64,000 bases of DNA from Anthoceros angustus (GCA_010909165.1 MU008155.1:992001-1056000); one strand, 5' to 3'; shown: positions 1 through 14,230, counted from the first letter of the stretch. The notes: generated from the sequence alone by a model not told the origin. Numbers and translations are program-made.

Positions 1-2229
1 GGAACACTTTGTGTCCATCATTGTTACGCAACCCCGCAGTTCCTCTCACACTTTCCGGCAAGCCACGGGGTCAAAAGTCCGGATCGCGGTGAGTATACTC
101 GGATGGCCGTGGGGTCGAGCTTGAGAAGTCATTCGGTCTGAGTGAGGAAAATTACGCCTTTGGTCATCCTTCTCCACAAACTGCTGCGTGAACAAAACAA
201 AGACCAAGACAGAAGACTTTATACTTGAGTGCGCGCATCCAAGATGTCAGATACGTATGTCCAACAGAGCGTTCTGCATCTGACCAATCGTCCGACATAT
301 CAAAGGAGAGTGTTCGAACATCTTTCCGATCATGTCGATTTCCACCGCTTGTATGGACTTTGGAATGATGTTGCCTGACGAGGTAGTGTCGCTGGGTCAA
401 AGTTGTCATGCTATGGGTCTTGGAGGCCTTGGGACCGGACTCGTGACAATGTTCGGGGCCTCATAATCGCCGCCCGCCCGGGCCTGCTTTTCTCAGGGCC
501 GGCTGCTCAAGACCTTTACTCCGCTTCTTGGTCCGAGGTGCCATCGCAAAACACAAACCAAGTAGCAATGAGGCATCACGCACTATGGATTATGGATCGC
601 AAGTAGCACGCTTCATCACCCACCTTGATACCTCTCCTCTTCAATCACGGACAACCGGTGAGGATGAAGCGCCGATGATCCAGATCCACCGACTCGACGG
701 CGATATGAACCTCCCGATATGAAAGTGGTCGAATACCACGGTTACCAAAATACTTCGGAGTGAACCTTTGGTGCCCGCTATATGCATCTCCTCGCAATAT
801 TTTCGCCAAACCCGCCTTCCGCTAGCTCACGACGGTGGATGGCTGGTGTGACGGGGCATGACAGCATTTATCTCCACTGCAGCAACAAATACCGCCAAAT
901 GAGCTGGAATCGCAAATTGGGTTGATGCACCGTAGTCAGAACTGCTCCGCCATGTTTCGCCGTAACAAGGACACAACCGCTAAACAAAGAATAAAGCATA
1001 TTTTATGGAATATGCCTAGTTTTGCCGCTGGCAAAACTCAATTTCCTATTGCAAAATCTCGTGCTCGATTCTCGCAACTGTGAATGCATTTAACGATCCT
1101 CAAGCGCCATGATTTGTAGCCGCAAAGTAGATATCCGTCCTAATTGTCAATAATCAATGCGGTCCAAAGAACCGAGGCATCTATACATGATGTTGAACGG
1201 GGCAATGGGGGTCTCCTCCTGCGCTCTCAACAATTGCGTTTTCACTAGTCACGAGCAATGGCAAGCGATCTCAATGCGAGAGGAGGAGTTTTTGATTTGG
1301 TGAACGATGACTAGTGACCGATGAAGACATCGCCATGTGCCCGAGTCTGGATATCGTGGACTTGGCGGCAGGCCGCAGCAGATGCTAGGCATGGGGGTCC
1401 ACTAGGCAATGTGTCAAATTCGTGGTCGACATTCAAGACGCGCAGACCCTGTAAACCCCGGACGTCCGGTGAAGGCCGCTGTCAAGCTTCAAGACCCGGA
1501 CACGCATCGGATTTGGATCAAACCGACTTGGCCGGGTGATACGTTGGACGCGGCTGCAAGTGATGGAGACCTGTACTTGTTTGATCCGGGATGGACTCCG
1601 GAACGGGCGCAGTGAGACCAGGAACAAATTGCAGCACATGTGGACCGGCATGTCCGAGCTCGACATCGCGCACTGGAGCGGCGGCCCCGATATCCACCAC
1701 CCGACAGGCGCAACCTCGGCCCACCTCGACAGCCTGCAGCCGGCACTATATACCCAGGTCTGTTCAAATCGCCAGGTGCCAAGAAATTGGCAAGGATGTT
1801 CTGCTCTGATCCAAATCCACGCGCAAAGCGGGTGGCTCCTGGGCGAGCGGAAGGTGACAAGGTGGCACCTACAACAAGTCCATGGTGTGCTTCGCAAGAG
1901 TACCATCAACCTTGTGTCACACCACCTGGCACGAATGACAAAGACGGACTCAAGCAGAGTGTTGGTGAGTCTCCGATCATGTGAGAAGATGCATGCGATC
2001 GTAGACTTGCTTCGATTTCAGGCATTGGGTCATGGAGGACCGCCAGAGCAGCGAGCGACTAAACTGCACGTGATCCAATTGCCTTGTTTGGAGATGTCAC
2101 TAGATCACAATGAAGATTTGCCGAAATGCCGCCTCGCTAATCCTAAGTCCGTGGGGTTGGAGTTGCAATCTCGCGATAGGGTTGTTTGCTCAACAAAGAA
2201 CCGCGGCCGCAAGGGTCGGATCATGTAAT

Positions 2230-4167
2230 CGCGGCAATCAGATCGCGAAAGACATGAAGAGACAATGTTGTATAAAAAGTGTTTAGCAAGGCGGAATGGT
2301 GATCAAGTCACTTCGTTGTTCTTTTTTTTCCATGACAAAAGGGGAGCAGGAACAGCATTTGCAAGACCTTATTGATGTTGTCGAAGACGAGGAAACAGGT
2401 ATGGTGACCGGATGGGTGAACAAGTTGCCACATGGGAAGGTTTCAATTTGTGTAAGGGCATTCTCGCCGAAGTCAGACAGCACTACGACATCGGAATGCC
2501 CAGGCCCGAGTGCAAAAGGGGACTAGGTTTGCCGCCGAGGGCAGGCCTGGTAAAATTCCAACTTCATACGGACTGCAGGCTGTCATGTGGATGGATATGT
2601 TTTTCAAAAGAAACGTGGAAAGACTACCCAACAGGGAAGTGTTCAACCTACCGGATACATTCACAAAAGAGGAGATTTACATTGAGTATGCTAGGCATCA
2701 GGCTAGAGCAATTACCACTCATGTTTGTTATAGCTATTTTGCAAGTCGTGGATACGGCATTTCCATTCAAGATTCCAAGATGCAACCGATTCTCTGCGGC
2801 CGACTGTGAGAAGCTTAAAGCGAAAATTAAAACGCGAAACGACAGGGAGCAAGGTATCGCGTATGAACCGCCTCCTTTTTAAGCACGGATGTCCGGTGAT
2901 TGCTAGGTGTCCTTTTTCTAGTAGTTGTCGGAAAACCCTAGACCCCGTTCTTAGGGTTCAAGACAAAAGGTTGATGTGCCAGCTACCGGACTGGAGTTGT
3001 TCTGGGGGCTGCTATTGACGATGGCACTTGTCTGGTATGTGCAGATAGACTTAGGGAACTCCTCAATTACCACCGGGATCAACAACAGATGGAGCGGGCG
3101 AAAATGGCAAAGCATCGCGGCAAGTGTATGGCTCAACCGACCAAGTACCTGGGGATTGCGATAGATGGTATGGACCAAAAGAAAACTGAGTTGCCTCATT
3201 TCCGCAGAGTGCCCAAAGATGTGGATAGGCCGCCTCGTCTCCCATGTGGTTGGAGTTTTGGTGTTTAACAAATACATGAGAACTTATGTTTACGAGCTAT
3301 CCAAATCAAAAATGACTAACGGACAATTGCCGTAGTCCAGCATGTTATTAACGGATGGGAGGGCCATTGCCTCAAACTCTTTACCCAGATGGACAATAGC
3401 CGTAATAAGAACTAAGAAGTGTTGGCGTATGCGCCATGTTAGTGGACCGAGGTATTTTCAAGAAGGTGAAACTAGGATTTCTAATTGTTGGCCATACCCA
3501 TGATCGATTGATCAAATGTTTTCCGCTTTTCACGTGCTAATCAAGGAGGCCTACACCTTGGAGCTAATCTGCCTTGAGAGGGCTTATACTCCGACACCAA
3601 AGATCTATCTTATGAAAGAGGTGCCCAACTTTAAGCAATATTTGTGGTCACTGGGGTCCGTCGCAACATTTACTCCATAATCACAGCTTTCCAACATCGC
3701 TTTAAAATCACTCAAGAGTTGCCTAGTCATGTGTTTGTGACTTTCTGCATCACGCATTGGAGCCTGGGATGGTGGTGTTCAGCTATGGGATGGAGTCCCA
3801 GAGAGGAGATTATTGCGGCTCCACCATCGCCATCGCAGTCGTATGAAATCCAAGGGCCAAAGAGAACATGCGTGCGATAGGGCTATCGGAGTGGAAGACA
3901 ATGACAGCTTAAGAACTTCCATCAAGTCTTCAATGGTCATCCGCCTGTGGATGGTTTTTGGGAAGAGTGGCCACATAGTGTAGTAGCGCCCTGAGCTCTT
4001 CCATTGGACAAAGATGGAAATGGTATAACCGGGAGGAGCATTCAAGAACTCAGTTGGCTCTTCCAGATGAAGTGATAGTGGATGCTACACTTGCGACGCA
4101 TTCTGGATGATGAGAGGTTTACGAGGCTGCAGGGAATGCCGAGGAACGCGGGAAGAAATACAGGATC
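2230..4167 (+). pseudogene. DUF7869-type (Sola-like, DDD) DNA transposase gene, 5' part, frameshifted; interrupted at 4167 by a gypsy element
   Basis: Hand translation across frameshifts gives RCNRFSAADCEKLK (~2775), YLGIAIDGMDQKKTELPHF (~3145-3200), GPLPQTLY-QMDN-R-NKN (~3361-3410), LVDRGIFKKVKLGFLIVGHTHD-IDQMFS (~3440-3525) and AYTPTPKIYLMKEV. The family was assigned by motif recall, not by search. Confidence 0.7.
2854..3044 (+). other. GT-AG intron in the transposase gene
   Basis: Donor CAAG|GTATCG and acceptor TGTGCAG|AT. Splicing joins ...RNDREQ to DRLRELLNYHRDQQQMERAK...IAIDGMDQ in frame. Confidence 0.7.
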
Positions 4168-5269
4168 GGTGACCACATGGTACTAGAAAAGGAGTGTTTT
4201 TGTTTTGTGTTTAAGTTGTGAGAATCGTGTGGAGTTGGAATGTGAAGTAGGTTAGAAAATAAGAAAAGTCTACTAGAGCCTAGTAGGAGGAAGAGAGTCT
4301 AGTCCCGATCCCGGATGTAACCTTGAGGTTGGCTGCTCGCCGTTGCTAACGCTGGCTAGGGCTGCATAACAGGACTGTTGCTATGACAAGAACCGACGGA
4401 GCCTGCTATGGTAGCAACCAAGTCGGAGTTATTTTCCGATTTGGAAAACCTAATTGAGCGAAATCGGAAATACACCAACGGAAGTAACGGTCCTATAATT
4501 AAGTCCAAGGGAAGACGAGGTATTTGAAATTGAAGAAGATCCGGCCGAACCGGAGCGCCTGCCGGAGACTGCGCGGGCGCCGGACGGAAGGGGGGTCAGA
4601 GTCAAAGGTGCCGACAGACGCCGTAAAAAGGCCGAATTTGGTGGCAACACGCCGGGAGGATGCGGCAGTGGAGCCGGCAGATCGAAAGCAGGCGCAAAGG
4701 GTGGAAGGAGCGAACTGAGCCAGCATGAGGTGGAGAGCGCCAAGGAGCGCGCAATCGACGAAGGAGAGGCGTGGCCGCAAGTTCCCCCAATGGGTGGGGA
4801 GTAATCGGGCCGCAGCAGCCCGGAGAAGGCTGGGCGCGCAGGCGGGCACTGTGCCGCGGAAGCGAAGGAGCAGGGAAGGGTAGAGCCAAAGGGGTGGAAA
4901 GCCAGATGGATGAAAGTAGGGTGAGGCACCAGGTAGGACGCTGAGGTGGCGCACCCTAGAGGAGCGCCGGAGGAAGGGATTGTAACTGAGGAGGGATACA
5001 CGCTGGCACGGCATGCCGAGTATTTGCCGAATGGAGTAATACGTGAGGGCGGTTAACCGATCGAGGTGCAAGTCAGAGGTGGGGCGAAGCGCACTGGGGT
5101 CACGCCTAAGTGGTGGGTGATACACCACCTCACAAGAGGTAGGTGGATCGGGTTTGAGCGGCAGGAGAGCCCAAAGGATCGTGGACAGGCAATTCGTGGG
5201 GGGGTTTGAAGGTCGACAGTGAAAGGGGGCGGAGGAATAAAGGGACTGTGGAAGTCAAGACTTGTGTGG

Positions 5270-7200
5270 GACACTTTGCTCAAACTCTAAGCTCACACGG
5301 GAAGCATGGACCTAAGAAGAACACTCCGGTGGCCATTGAGGCTATTAATCGCCCAATGGCCCAACATGGGGCAATCGGAGAGTGAGCGGGTCTTTGGTAA
5401 GCATCACTTGTCCTTCATGGACAAAAAGTGGTGCTACAAGAGCCTGAATTGGTTCGGAATGCAGACATGAGGGAGAAGGCCACAGGGAAGGCAACACGAG
5501 AACCAACCCCGCACTGGAATATTCGTTGTTCCGGCTGTCTATGAGAGGCCTCAAGAGGAATGGTGGAATAATCATTGATCCTTTCGTGAAGCCATCCCCA
5601 AAAGTCGCAGGAGGCACAAGCCGTCGCCATTGCTCCCACATTGTCTAGGGTGGAGAATGGCCGGGTCACCAACAAGTTAGACCTCGAGCTGGCCGGATTA
5701 GCCAGTGGATCCCGTGCTCTCACTCACTAAGAAGCTAGAGCACATTGCGACCATTTTCTTGTCTTTCTATGAGGTGGTGAGAGGGTCCAAGATAGATTGG
5801 GCTAGGATGTTCTATGACACAAGATGCGTGGAGAGGGACCACTTGACCCTACCATCACCCAGCCTCAGCTCATCTCCTTCTTAATCCACATTTTGACCAT
5901 GCTGGGGGATAGAGATGGTCTCACCATGCCCGGAGGCCGTGTTTGAAAGAAGGAAGCCCAAAGAGGAGTGAGGAAGAGGCCATCTCGGCACCGGGAGTGA
6001 AGAAGTCCAAGTGTCCATGAAGAGGAATGTGGCACATCACCATGGCCACAAAGCAACCGGAGTTGCTAAGACCCCAACAGCACCAAGAGAGGTCGGGAGC
6101 AACAGGGACTCCAACCACTCCTAGAGCCACAAGAGCACGACGGAACTCACCCGGATGTAAAGATAAAGGAAAGGCGGCAGCAGCCTCAGAGCCCAAGCCA
6201 CAGTCAACAGGAGGAATCACCAACCTTGGGCACGCCGATGACCCGAGAAAGTCACCACTGCTCAAAGGTGACCTCAAGTATACCTAAGTGGTCAGGGGAG
6301 AGTCACATAGGAAGGAGGGAACCCATCCCGAGGTTTGGGGCCTAACATCACCCTACAAGAGGTCTCAGCTATGGCACGCACTAGGTGAGATGGAGGACCA
6401 TAGCTCGTCCTCTCTTTGTTAGGTTTACAGCAGCAGGGGAACAACAGGGGAGCAAACAAGGAGCTGTGAAGAAGGAGAAGGAGGTCTTGAGGGACGCCTA
6501 GGTAGCATGGAAGGAATTAAAGGTCCGAGAAGAGTTGCACGAAGACCAAGGATCGAAACCTCATGGTTCACCTCCTGACACAAAGCACCATAGGGGAGCC
6601 AGAATGTCATCTCGATGCGCAAGCGAAACTGGGATGCCTCCGGGCGCTAAGAAGGAGAGGGACGAGGCAAGGAAAGGTTGGAGGCCAAGAGGGCTGTGGA
6701 TTGCAAGGAGAGCCACCGTGGAAGATGCGGAGCCTCCATGGAAGAATCTGTCGAGTTGGCAGCAGAGGAGGTTGCTAAGCAAGCAACCGCCGCCGCTAAG
6801 GAAGCACACCTGCACTGCTAAGGGAGCAACAGCTCCAAGACCAGCTACAACAAGGAAGAAGGGGCATGTAAGACGTGGAGGAGGACAACAGCTGTGGGGA
6901 GCGGTAAGCACCGCCTAAGAAGTCTAACTTCCCAATGGTGCATTAGATTGAGGATGCTTATCAAGATAACCATGTGCCCGGATTCTCCTTGGAGAGAAGA
7001 TTGTCTCGAAAGTTTATGTTGTTGTGGGCAGGGGGACATGGAGGTACTTGATCCATGCCTTGACGGCACGGATCCTACCTATGGGTTGGATTCTTAAGGA
7101 GGAAACTCACCGACCCATCCAGATTCAAGAGCTCACCGAGGAGGAGTACACTATGCGGCGAGCACAAGAGAGAGAGGAGTCCATGAGGAGGTAGAGAGAT
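5270..7200 (+). pseudogene. Extra ORF inside the 5' LTR (putative plant transposon protein / env-like, with K/E-rich coiled-coil tail), frameshifted
   Basis: Motifs FLYEVVRGSKIDWARMFYDT and FLIHILTMLG, followed by a coiled-coil-like segment. The same ORF recurs in the 3' LTR. Confidence 0.55.
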
Positions 7201-8358
7201 TTTATGGGAGAGATTGCCCAACCAGCCAAGAGGGAGGAGAGCAAGAGGAGAACATGGGGCTAGGGCCTAGGAGGCCTGTGGAGAGGTATAGGGTAAGTGG
7301 CCCTCAAATAGCTAAAGGCCCATGTGTTATAGATCAGAATCTTATCCTCCTCATAGTGGAATAGATAGGCCTCTAGGATTGGTAGGCTAAGACCGATTGG
7401 TATTTTTTGCAAGCCGCTGGGTGATCTTGGGTATAAGAGGCAGCCCTCTTGATGAAATGTAAGCAATGTTGGCCTAAGTCTGGTGTTTGGGGCTGAGCAC
7501 GGGGTTTGGGGTTCCAGATCCAAAGGTCGTAAGTCTAGGCACCGCTCGCCACTGAGAAGACTACTGTTGCCCAGATCCGTGGCCGATCCGCAAGAGTGGT
7601 GGAAAGCAAGGGAGGGAGCCCAGGTCTCCTTGGAGGAGTTCCTCAAGGTCAAGAGGAAGGGGTGCCGGGAGGCTGTCCTTACTCATTCCAGCTTGTCTAG
7701 TACTCACCTTGTGTTTGAGTTTTCAGTGTCAAGGTCAGGGAGAAGAAGACAAGGCGGGAGCCTGTGTGTGTGTGGAGGGAAGTCAAGGAAGTGAGTTGAG
7801 GCTGTGTGTTTGGAAAATGAGAGGAAAAGTGAACTGAGAGAAGTGGAGAATGCCGGACATGGAGAGTTGCTGATTGGCTGTTTGAGAGGAGTAAGAAGGA
7901 CCGAGAAGTCTGTAAGTGATGTTTGTGTTGAAGAAGAGAGTGAGTGGAGGTTGAAGATCCGTGAGTGGATGAGATGGAATGATTGGGGAGGTAGAACAAG
8001 TATTTTGAGAGTTGGTGAAGGCTGTAAGGTCCGGATGAGAACCTTGTAAGGACCGGAGAGGAGCCGTGAGTCAAGTGGAGATTGAATGGGCGTGAGGTGT
8101 GAGAACAAGGAGAGTTGAAGAGAGCTGGGGAAACTTGGAGAGTGTGGGAGGATCGAGGCACCTCAAGGCTGTGAGAGCTGGAAAGGTCTGATGGAGGGAA
8201 GGTGAGCTGAAAGGGGAGAGGCAAGAAGTCCAAGAAGCGCAAGAGTGAGAGGAGGGGGGAGTTAGAGAGTAATCCCGATTGGTGGATCTAACTTTGTGGA
8301 TGAAGAGAGAGAGAGAGAGGGTGTCAATTTATCCACTTGGATCCCGGGACCCACCTTC

Positions 8359-8366
8359 TATTAATA
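8359..8366 (+). promoter_or_regulatory. Candidate LTR TATA box (TATTAATA; also at 19644-19651)
   Basis: Conserved in both LTRs about 290 bp before the LTR end. Assigned on position only. Confidence 0.35.
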
Positions 8367-8658
8367 GCCGACTGATCCCAAGGTGGACCCCGCTAAAATA
8401 GAGGGTGGTTGCTAAGATAGCAACCGGGTCCCGCTGGGTAGCATCAGGTCGCGTGGCTAAGATAGCCAGTCCGAGTGTTGTTAGGATAGTAGCCCGTCTC
8501 AGAATCGCTAGATGTTTGTATGTCCGTGTTTGGTTGGATTGGCTATGTTTGGTTGTCTTGACACGAAATCACTCCCTTGGGTACGAATCTCAAGTCTACA
8601 ACGATAAAGAGGGTAAATGTCTTTGTGACCACTTGGTTTAGAAAATCACTCCACATTT

Positions 8659-8674
8659 TGGCGCGTTGCCGGGA
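8659..8674 (+). other. Primer-binding site, tRNA-Asp(GTC) type
   Basis: TGGCGCGTTGCCGGGA lies 3 nt after the LTR. It matches TGGCGCCGTTGCCGGGGA (complement of the plant tRNA-Asp 3' end) apart from two homopolymer deletions. Confidence 0.8.
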
Positions 8675-8749
8675 GTGTCATTGTTGTCAAGACCTTAGAG
8701 TAGACTAACCTTGTCTAGTAGTGTATTGGGAGTCTTGAGTGTGATACAT

Positions 8750-10750
8750 GGATGCTACCCATTGAGTCCGAAAGTTCACCCACCGTGAAGAGAAGACTCA
8801 AAGAAGAAGACAACGCTGCCGTGGAGCGAGGAAGGGCTGACCGAGTCGAGGAGAGCATGCAGCAACGTACTCCGGAGGAGCCAAGAAGCAAGTGTTAGGA
8901 CGACACCATCCTTGTCTTCCGACCTCCGAACTTGTACGTGAACTCAAAGAAACTTTTGACAGTATGCTAACAGAGATCCTGCTTAGACCAACAATCGCTT
9001 GTTGGATAGTGACGATCATGGCGATTTCCTTTTGCAATAACTACTAAGCAGCCCATACCCACGATGGAGAGAAGAAGGGTATGAAGATCCGAGTTTGTTG
9101 AACGCTTTGAGCAACTAACCATTGCAAATCGTGAACTGGGATCCGCAGATTCGCTCTTCTACGGAGTTCTTCGGAGGGCCAGCCAAGTGGTACAAGAGGA
9201 GTACCTCAAGGCATCAAGACTCAAAGAACCTTCAACGAATCAAGAAAGCCTTTTGTGAGAGGTTCAGGGAATAGATGTAGAAGGCTACGTGTTGTCAAAG
9301 TTGGAGTTTTTGAGGAGAAGAAGGAAGGAGACCTTGCAAGCTTATGTTGAGAGGTTTTAACTCTTGGATCGTAGTGGTCCTCACTGACGATGTGCCATTC
9401 GGTGGTTTGGGGTTAGATTAGATGGGCCGACATGTGAGGTCAAGCGGAGAAGGACGAGACAAGGCCATCAAGGCGGCACTCAACTACGAAGAATCCAACT
9501 CCTTGGACAAGAAGAAGCACAAGAAGGAAAAGAGCAAGAAGAAGAAGTCCAAGCGAGGAAGAAGGACAAGGGATCTTGCCGGAGGAAGAATCAGAGGAGA
9601 GTGACTCTCAAGACTCAGACTGGAGGACTCTTCCTGAGGATGGCAAGACGGAGGAAGAATCCCAAGACGAGAGACGCAGGAAGAAGAAGAAGGTTGACGT
9701 CGCTAAGAAGAAACCAGAGGCTCGAGGATCAAGGGAGCTGGCTATAAACAAGAGGTCGCTAGTGCTAAGAAGGAAGTGGAACAAGTCAAGAGGAGGTCAA
9801 GTCAGTCAAGAAGGTGCAAAGAAGAAATGAAGATGGAGGAAATGATGAGCAAATTCGAGAAGTTTCACCTCAACGCGAAGGAGCATGAGAAGAGGAGAGC
9901 CGCATCCAAAGGCTCGGCTAACCTGCTTTGTTCCACTGTGGCCAGCCAGCCACACCAAGTCCAACATGTGGCCAAGGTGCACATGCTCGCCACGAGGAGG
10001 AGGAAGAGGATCGCTGGAGGATACCTAGATCCGTGGAGGTTTCTGGACAACAAGATCCCAAGACCGCCCATCCATCGATGCTGCGAAATTCCATGGGGCC
10101 GGCATTCGTAATAACCAAGTGCCTGTGGTTGCTAACCAAGCAAGCAAGGTTCACAATCAGGGGCTTTGGTCATTATGCAAATAGCGTCATCGAACAAGAT
10201 GCAGCCAATGGTGACTACTGTAAGACAAACAATGTCATGTAGCGGGAGTGTCACTTGCCCAAACCGAGGAAGATCTGCTCAATTGCTCAACCACCGTGAG
10301 TTCAAGCAAGATCCCAAGGAGCCGGGCACCATGCACGTGGAGGATGCCCTTATGGTCGCTTTGGGAGGATGCGGAAGCCATGGTGTGCGGGAGCTAGATG
10401 GACCGGGGTGGGAGGAGACTACTACGGAGGCTGCAGCCATGGTCAGCACTAGTGGAAAAGCTAGGAGGAAGTCATGGAAGAAGAAAGAGACGGAGGTGCA
10501 CCACAAAGTCAAGAGAGCACTCCAAGCCCGGAGGGAACGGATCCGAGGAGACACTTGAGAAGGAGAACCCGAGAAGGAAGAATCAAGGAGTGAATCGCCT
10601 GGGGCTTGGAGAAAAGAAGTTCCAAAGAAAAGGGAGAGGAAACCCGAGTTTCCACCGGACGTCGGAAGTCATGGAGATGATAGAGGAGGAATTGACCAAG
10701 ACAACAAATCACGAGCTGTGATCCGAGACCGCAGAAGTCCTCTCGTTAGC
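8750..10750 (+). pseudogene. gag: gag region of the gypsy element, frameshifted
   Basis: AKWYK, FKKAF and AYVERF gag-like motifs (9180-9360), a K/E-rich linker, and zinc-knuckle remnants at ~10080-10130 and ~10215-10255. Confidence 0.65.
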
Positions 10751-10849
10751 AACGTTAAGGCGGCCGCAAGCAGCAACACGACGTTGCTAAGGGAGCAACC
10801 GCGATCGGGAAGAAGGAGGGACCGATCGAGGACCATTTAACCTTGCCGA

Positions 10850-13800
10850 AGCCATCATGGATCAGCAATTTGCTTGGTCAACTATTGAAGGACAACCCGG
10901 CAAGTGCAACAAGTTCGAGGCCTTGCAAGAAGCGCAACCCAAGAGGAAGAGGCGATTGCCCAAGCCAGACCAAGGGTGCCGACTCCCAACCTAGTGTCCA
11001 TGATAGACCAAGGGCCGAGCTGCAAGTAGAGATCGGTCATATTCATCAAGCGGTTCCTTGGATACCGGATCCGGGTGAACATCATGACGGAAGCAATAGC
11101 TTGGGTTGGACATTGAGCATACCACAAAGGTGAGATTACGACATGTCAAAAATGCACTGTGGAGAATCAAGGAGTAACCACCATCATAGGGACCATTCCT
11201 ATCTCATGGACTATGTGGTTATCCAAGACAAGGCGCCAGGTACGACATCCTATTGGGAAGGACGGCCAGTATGGCTCAAGATGCAAGATGACTTGGGGAG
11301 GAAGGAAGTGGCTTTTAAGCCAATGGATTGGGACCCCAAGACGAAGGAGGCGAATTTGTTTGAGTTGGAGCAGGATACCACTGGGGAGACTCCTACAAAG
11401 AACGGAAGGATACACATCACTGGAGAAACATCCGACTGGAGGAAGAAGGAACTGGACAAATTTCCTTTTGCACATATCGCATGGTCGATGAGGAGGAAGA
11501 GGAGGGATATCCCTTACTCCTCAATTTGGTGGACCGCTGGGTTCATGGAGGACCGCACCAGGAGGAGGACAAGAACCACCGCTGCTAACGAGGCTTAAGG
11601 AAGCATCACCGGCGGTTGCTAAGGAAGGACTGAGGACACAAGAAGAGGGTGAGCCAGGGATCATTCGATTCACCTCTGAGGACCTATTTAGGGAGTGGGG
11701 GATGAGGGAAGAGGACCCTCGTGAACCGGAGGAAGGGTTTGGTGAGAGTTCAGCACCCGTGGAGCGAGAATGGGTACAAGCGGACGAGATTAAGGATGTG
11801 GAGGTATTGCCTGGGAAGGTGCTGAAGTTTGCACGACAGCTGGAACCAGCGTTGGAAGAAGGAATGAAACAGCTCCTTGCTGAGTTCATCGACGTGTTTG
11901 CTTTCGAGGTGACAGATATGAAGGGGATTCCCAAGAAGTGGGGGGAGCATAGGATCGATTTGGAGCCAGGAGCGACTCGAATTCCCAATACAAGAACCCA
12001 AAGTACTCATCAAGGTGAAGGAGCTTGAATTGTACTTGAAGGCGACGCCATCTATCCAATCCAACACGAGTGGTGGCTGATTGTGGTTCAAGAAGCACCG
12101 AAAGATTCGAGTAAAGACCGGAGGAAGCTCAACAAAGCAACCAAGAAGGACCATTTCCCGCCATTCATCGACAACATCCTCGGATTTGGTGGTCGGAAGA
12201 TGTGTACTGCTCTGACGGTACTGGGTACAATCACCGCACTTGAGGGAGAGTGACCGGCCTCTAACAGCCTTCACAACGGATTGGGGACCTTCACAAGAGA
12301 GTGCTCGACGGAGCGCCGGTTCCTTCATGCGAGCATGGTTGAGATCTTCAAGGAGTATCTCCACAAGTTCATGGAGGTATTCCTAGATGATTTTTGTGTG
12401 TTTGGGAGTGTGGAGGAGCACCGGATCACTTGGCGTTGCTTGGCAGGTGTCGTGAAACTCAACTTTGCCTACATCCGAGAAATGCTACTTTGGCATGCGG
12501 GAGGGATTTTGTTGGGGCATGAATTTCAAAGACGAGGCATCAAGTTGATCCGCATAAGGTGAAGATGATTGTTGCCCGAAGCCCAACAACTCTCAAGGAA
12601 CTCCGGGGTTCCTTGGCATGGTGGGCTACTACGCTTTGTGCCTAACTTTGCTAGGAGGCTGCTCACTGACCAGCTTGTTGAGGAAGGACCAAGAGTGGAC
12701 CGGACAAATGAGAGGGAGGTGATTTCAAGATTTGAGGACCACGCAGCAAACAACCCTCAAGGGACCGGATTGGCAAGAAGTTCCATGTTTACGTGATGTT
12801 TCCGCCGCCATTGGTATGTCTTGAGCCACGGGATGACAAGAAGAGGGACTACCCGATCTACTACGACGGCAACTCACCGATGCGGAGCGCAAGTACACAA
12901 CAACTGAAAGGGAAGCCCTTGGCATGGTGTATTCAAGAAGAAAGTTTCGCCATTATCTCCTCTCCTATGAGTTTGTGTTCCATGTTGACCATTTTGCTCT
13001 CAAGCATCTTGTCAACAAGGACTATCCTCGTGATAGCTGCTGGATCTCACTGTAAGAGTTCACCTTCACGGTGGAGACACGTGAGGGAGGAAGCATGTGA
13101 ATGCCGACTACTTGTCTCGCTGAAGACGGAGAAGGTGGAGCATGATCAAGAAGATCATTTTCCTGGATGAAGCTTTTGGAGGAGGATGAGTGCTAGGCCC
13201 AATGCCAAGTTGACTGGAAACGGAGGTACAAAGCCAAATGAGAAGGAGGGAGAAGTTTAGCCACCCCTATGAGGAGGTCTTTCGCTTTTAGCAACGGGTC
13301 GATCAATGACTGGCTACAACAAAGAAGAGGTTGTTCCTATACTTCCGCTGTTAAGCGGGGACAAGCTGCATGGTAGGGCCGATGGAGTTGAGAGGTTGTG
13401 GGTCAAGGATGGTCAAAAGGACCGGGTTCTCGCCTTGCATGAGGAGGAGGCCGGAGGTCACTACGCCAACGTGACTGTAAGAAGATCTGGAGGCGTGGTA
13501 TTGGTGGCCAACCTTGCATAGATGCTAGGGAGTTCATGCTGCCAGGATGCATGTCAAAGGGTTGAAGCCAACCAGACCACACAAGGGCCATTGGTCCCTA
13601 TCCTAGCCTTGGCGCCTTTGAGAAGTGGGGATTGACTCCGATTCAACCCAAGACCAAGGGGAGCCAACCAATATATTCGTAGCAACGGACCATCAGACCG
13701 CATGGTGGAAGCTCAAGCCTTGCCCGTGGACACAAATGTGGTGGCTGTTCTTGTTTGAGCATCATCACAAGGTACGGTGCCTGGAGTTGGTTAGCACAGG

Positions 13801-14230
13801 GTACCCATTTCATCAACGAGGTGATCTCACACATGGTGAAGTATTTCAACATCAGCCACGGAAGACCACCCCTACAACCCCAAGGCGAATGGACTCACGG
13901 AGAAAGCTAATGGGTTGCTTTGCAGATCCTCAACAAGTTAACCATCACTTACACTACGATTGGGGACCGAAGCTTCACTCACTGCCAGGGCGACAGGATG
14001 GAGAAGGTGACCACACAACAGACCCTACTACCTCACCTATGGGCATTCACCACCATGCCCATTGAGTTTGAAGTGCCAACGCTTGAGAGTCCAAGAGCAT
14101 AAGAGGATGACGGTGGAGGAGAGCCATTGGAGAGGCTCATAGGCTTTGTTCAGACATGGAGAGTAGGAACAAGCCTTGGCATCTGTAACGCCCAAGAGAA
14201 GAGGAAGGAATGGCATGACCAAGTCGCAAA
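10850..14230 (+). pseudogene. pol: pol (protease-RT-RNase H-integrase), frameshifted
   Basis: PR: LDTGSGVNIMT (~11055-11090). RT: LLAEFIDVFA...EHRIDLE and EVFLDDFCVFG (DD at 12386-12391). RH: HVDH-ALKHLVNK, ADYLSR (~12980-13120). IN: LHEEEAGGHYA, PFEKWGID, YNPKANG (13430-13900). Confidence 0.9.

Larger units (their letters stand above)
4168..8655 (+). repeat. 5' LTR (~4.5 kb)
   Basis: Colinear with 14433-19933 from GGTGACCACATGG to AAATCACTCCACA. The initial TGT is missing at 4168. Confidence 0.85.

Noticed and set aside
164-1000. Minus-strand gene fragment
   Set aside because: Only short ORFs and one possible acceptor were seen, with no identifiable motif.
8245-8270. Purine run inside the LTR as an alternative PPT defining a short LTR
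   Set aside because: It is not followed by a conserved TG end. The flanking-gene rejoin and the PPT at 14420 support the long LTR.
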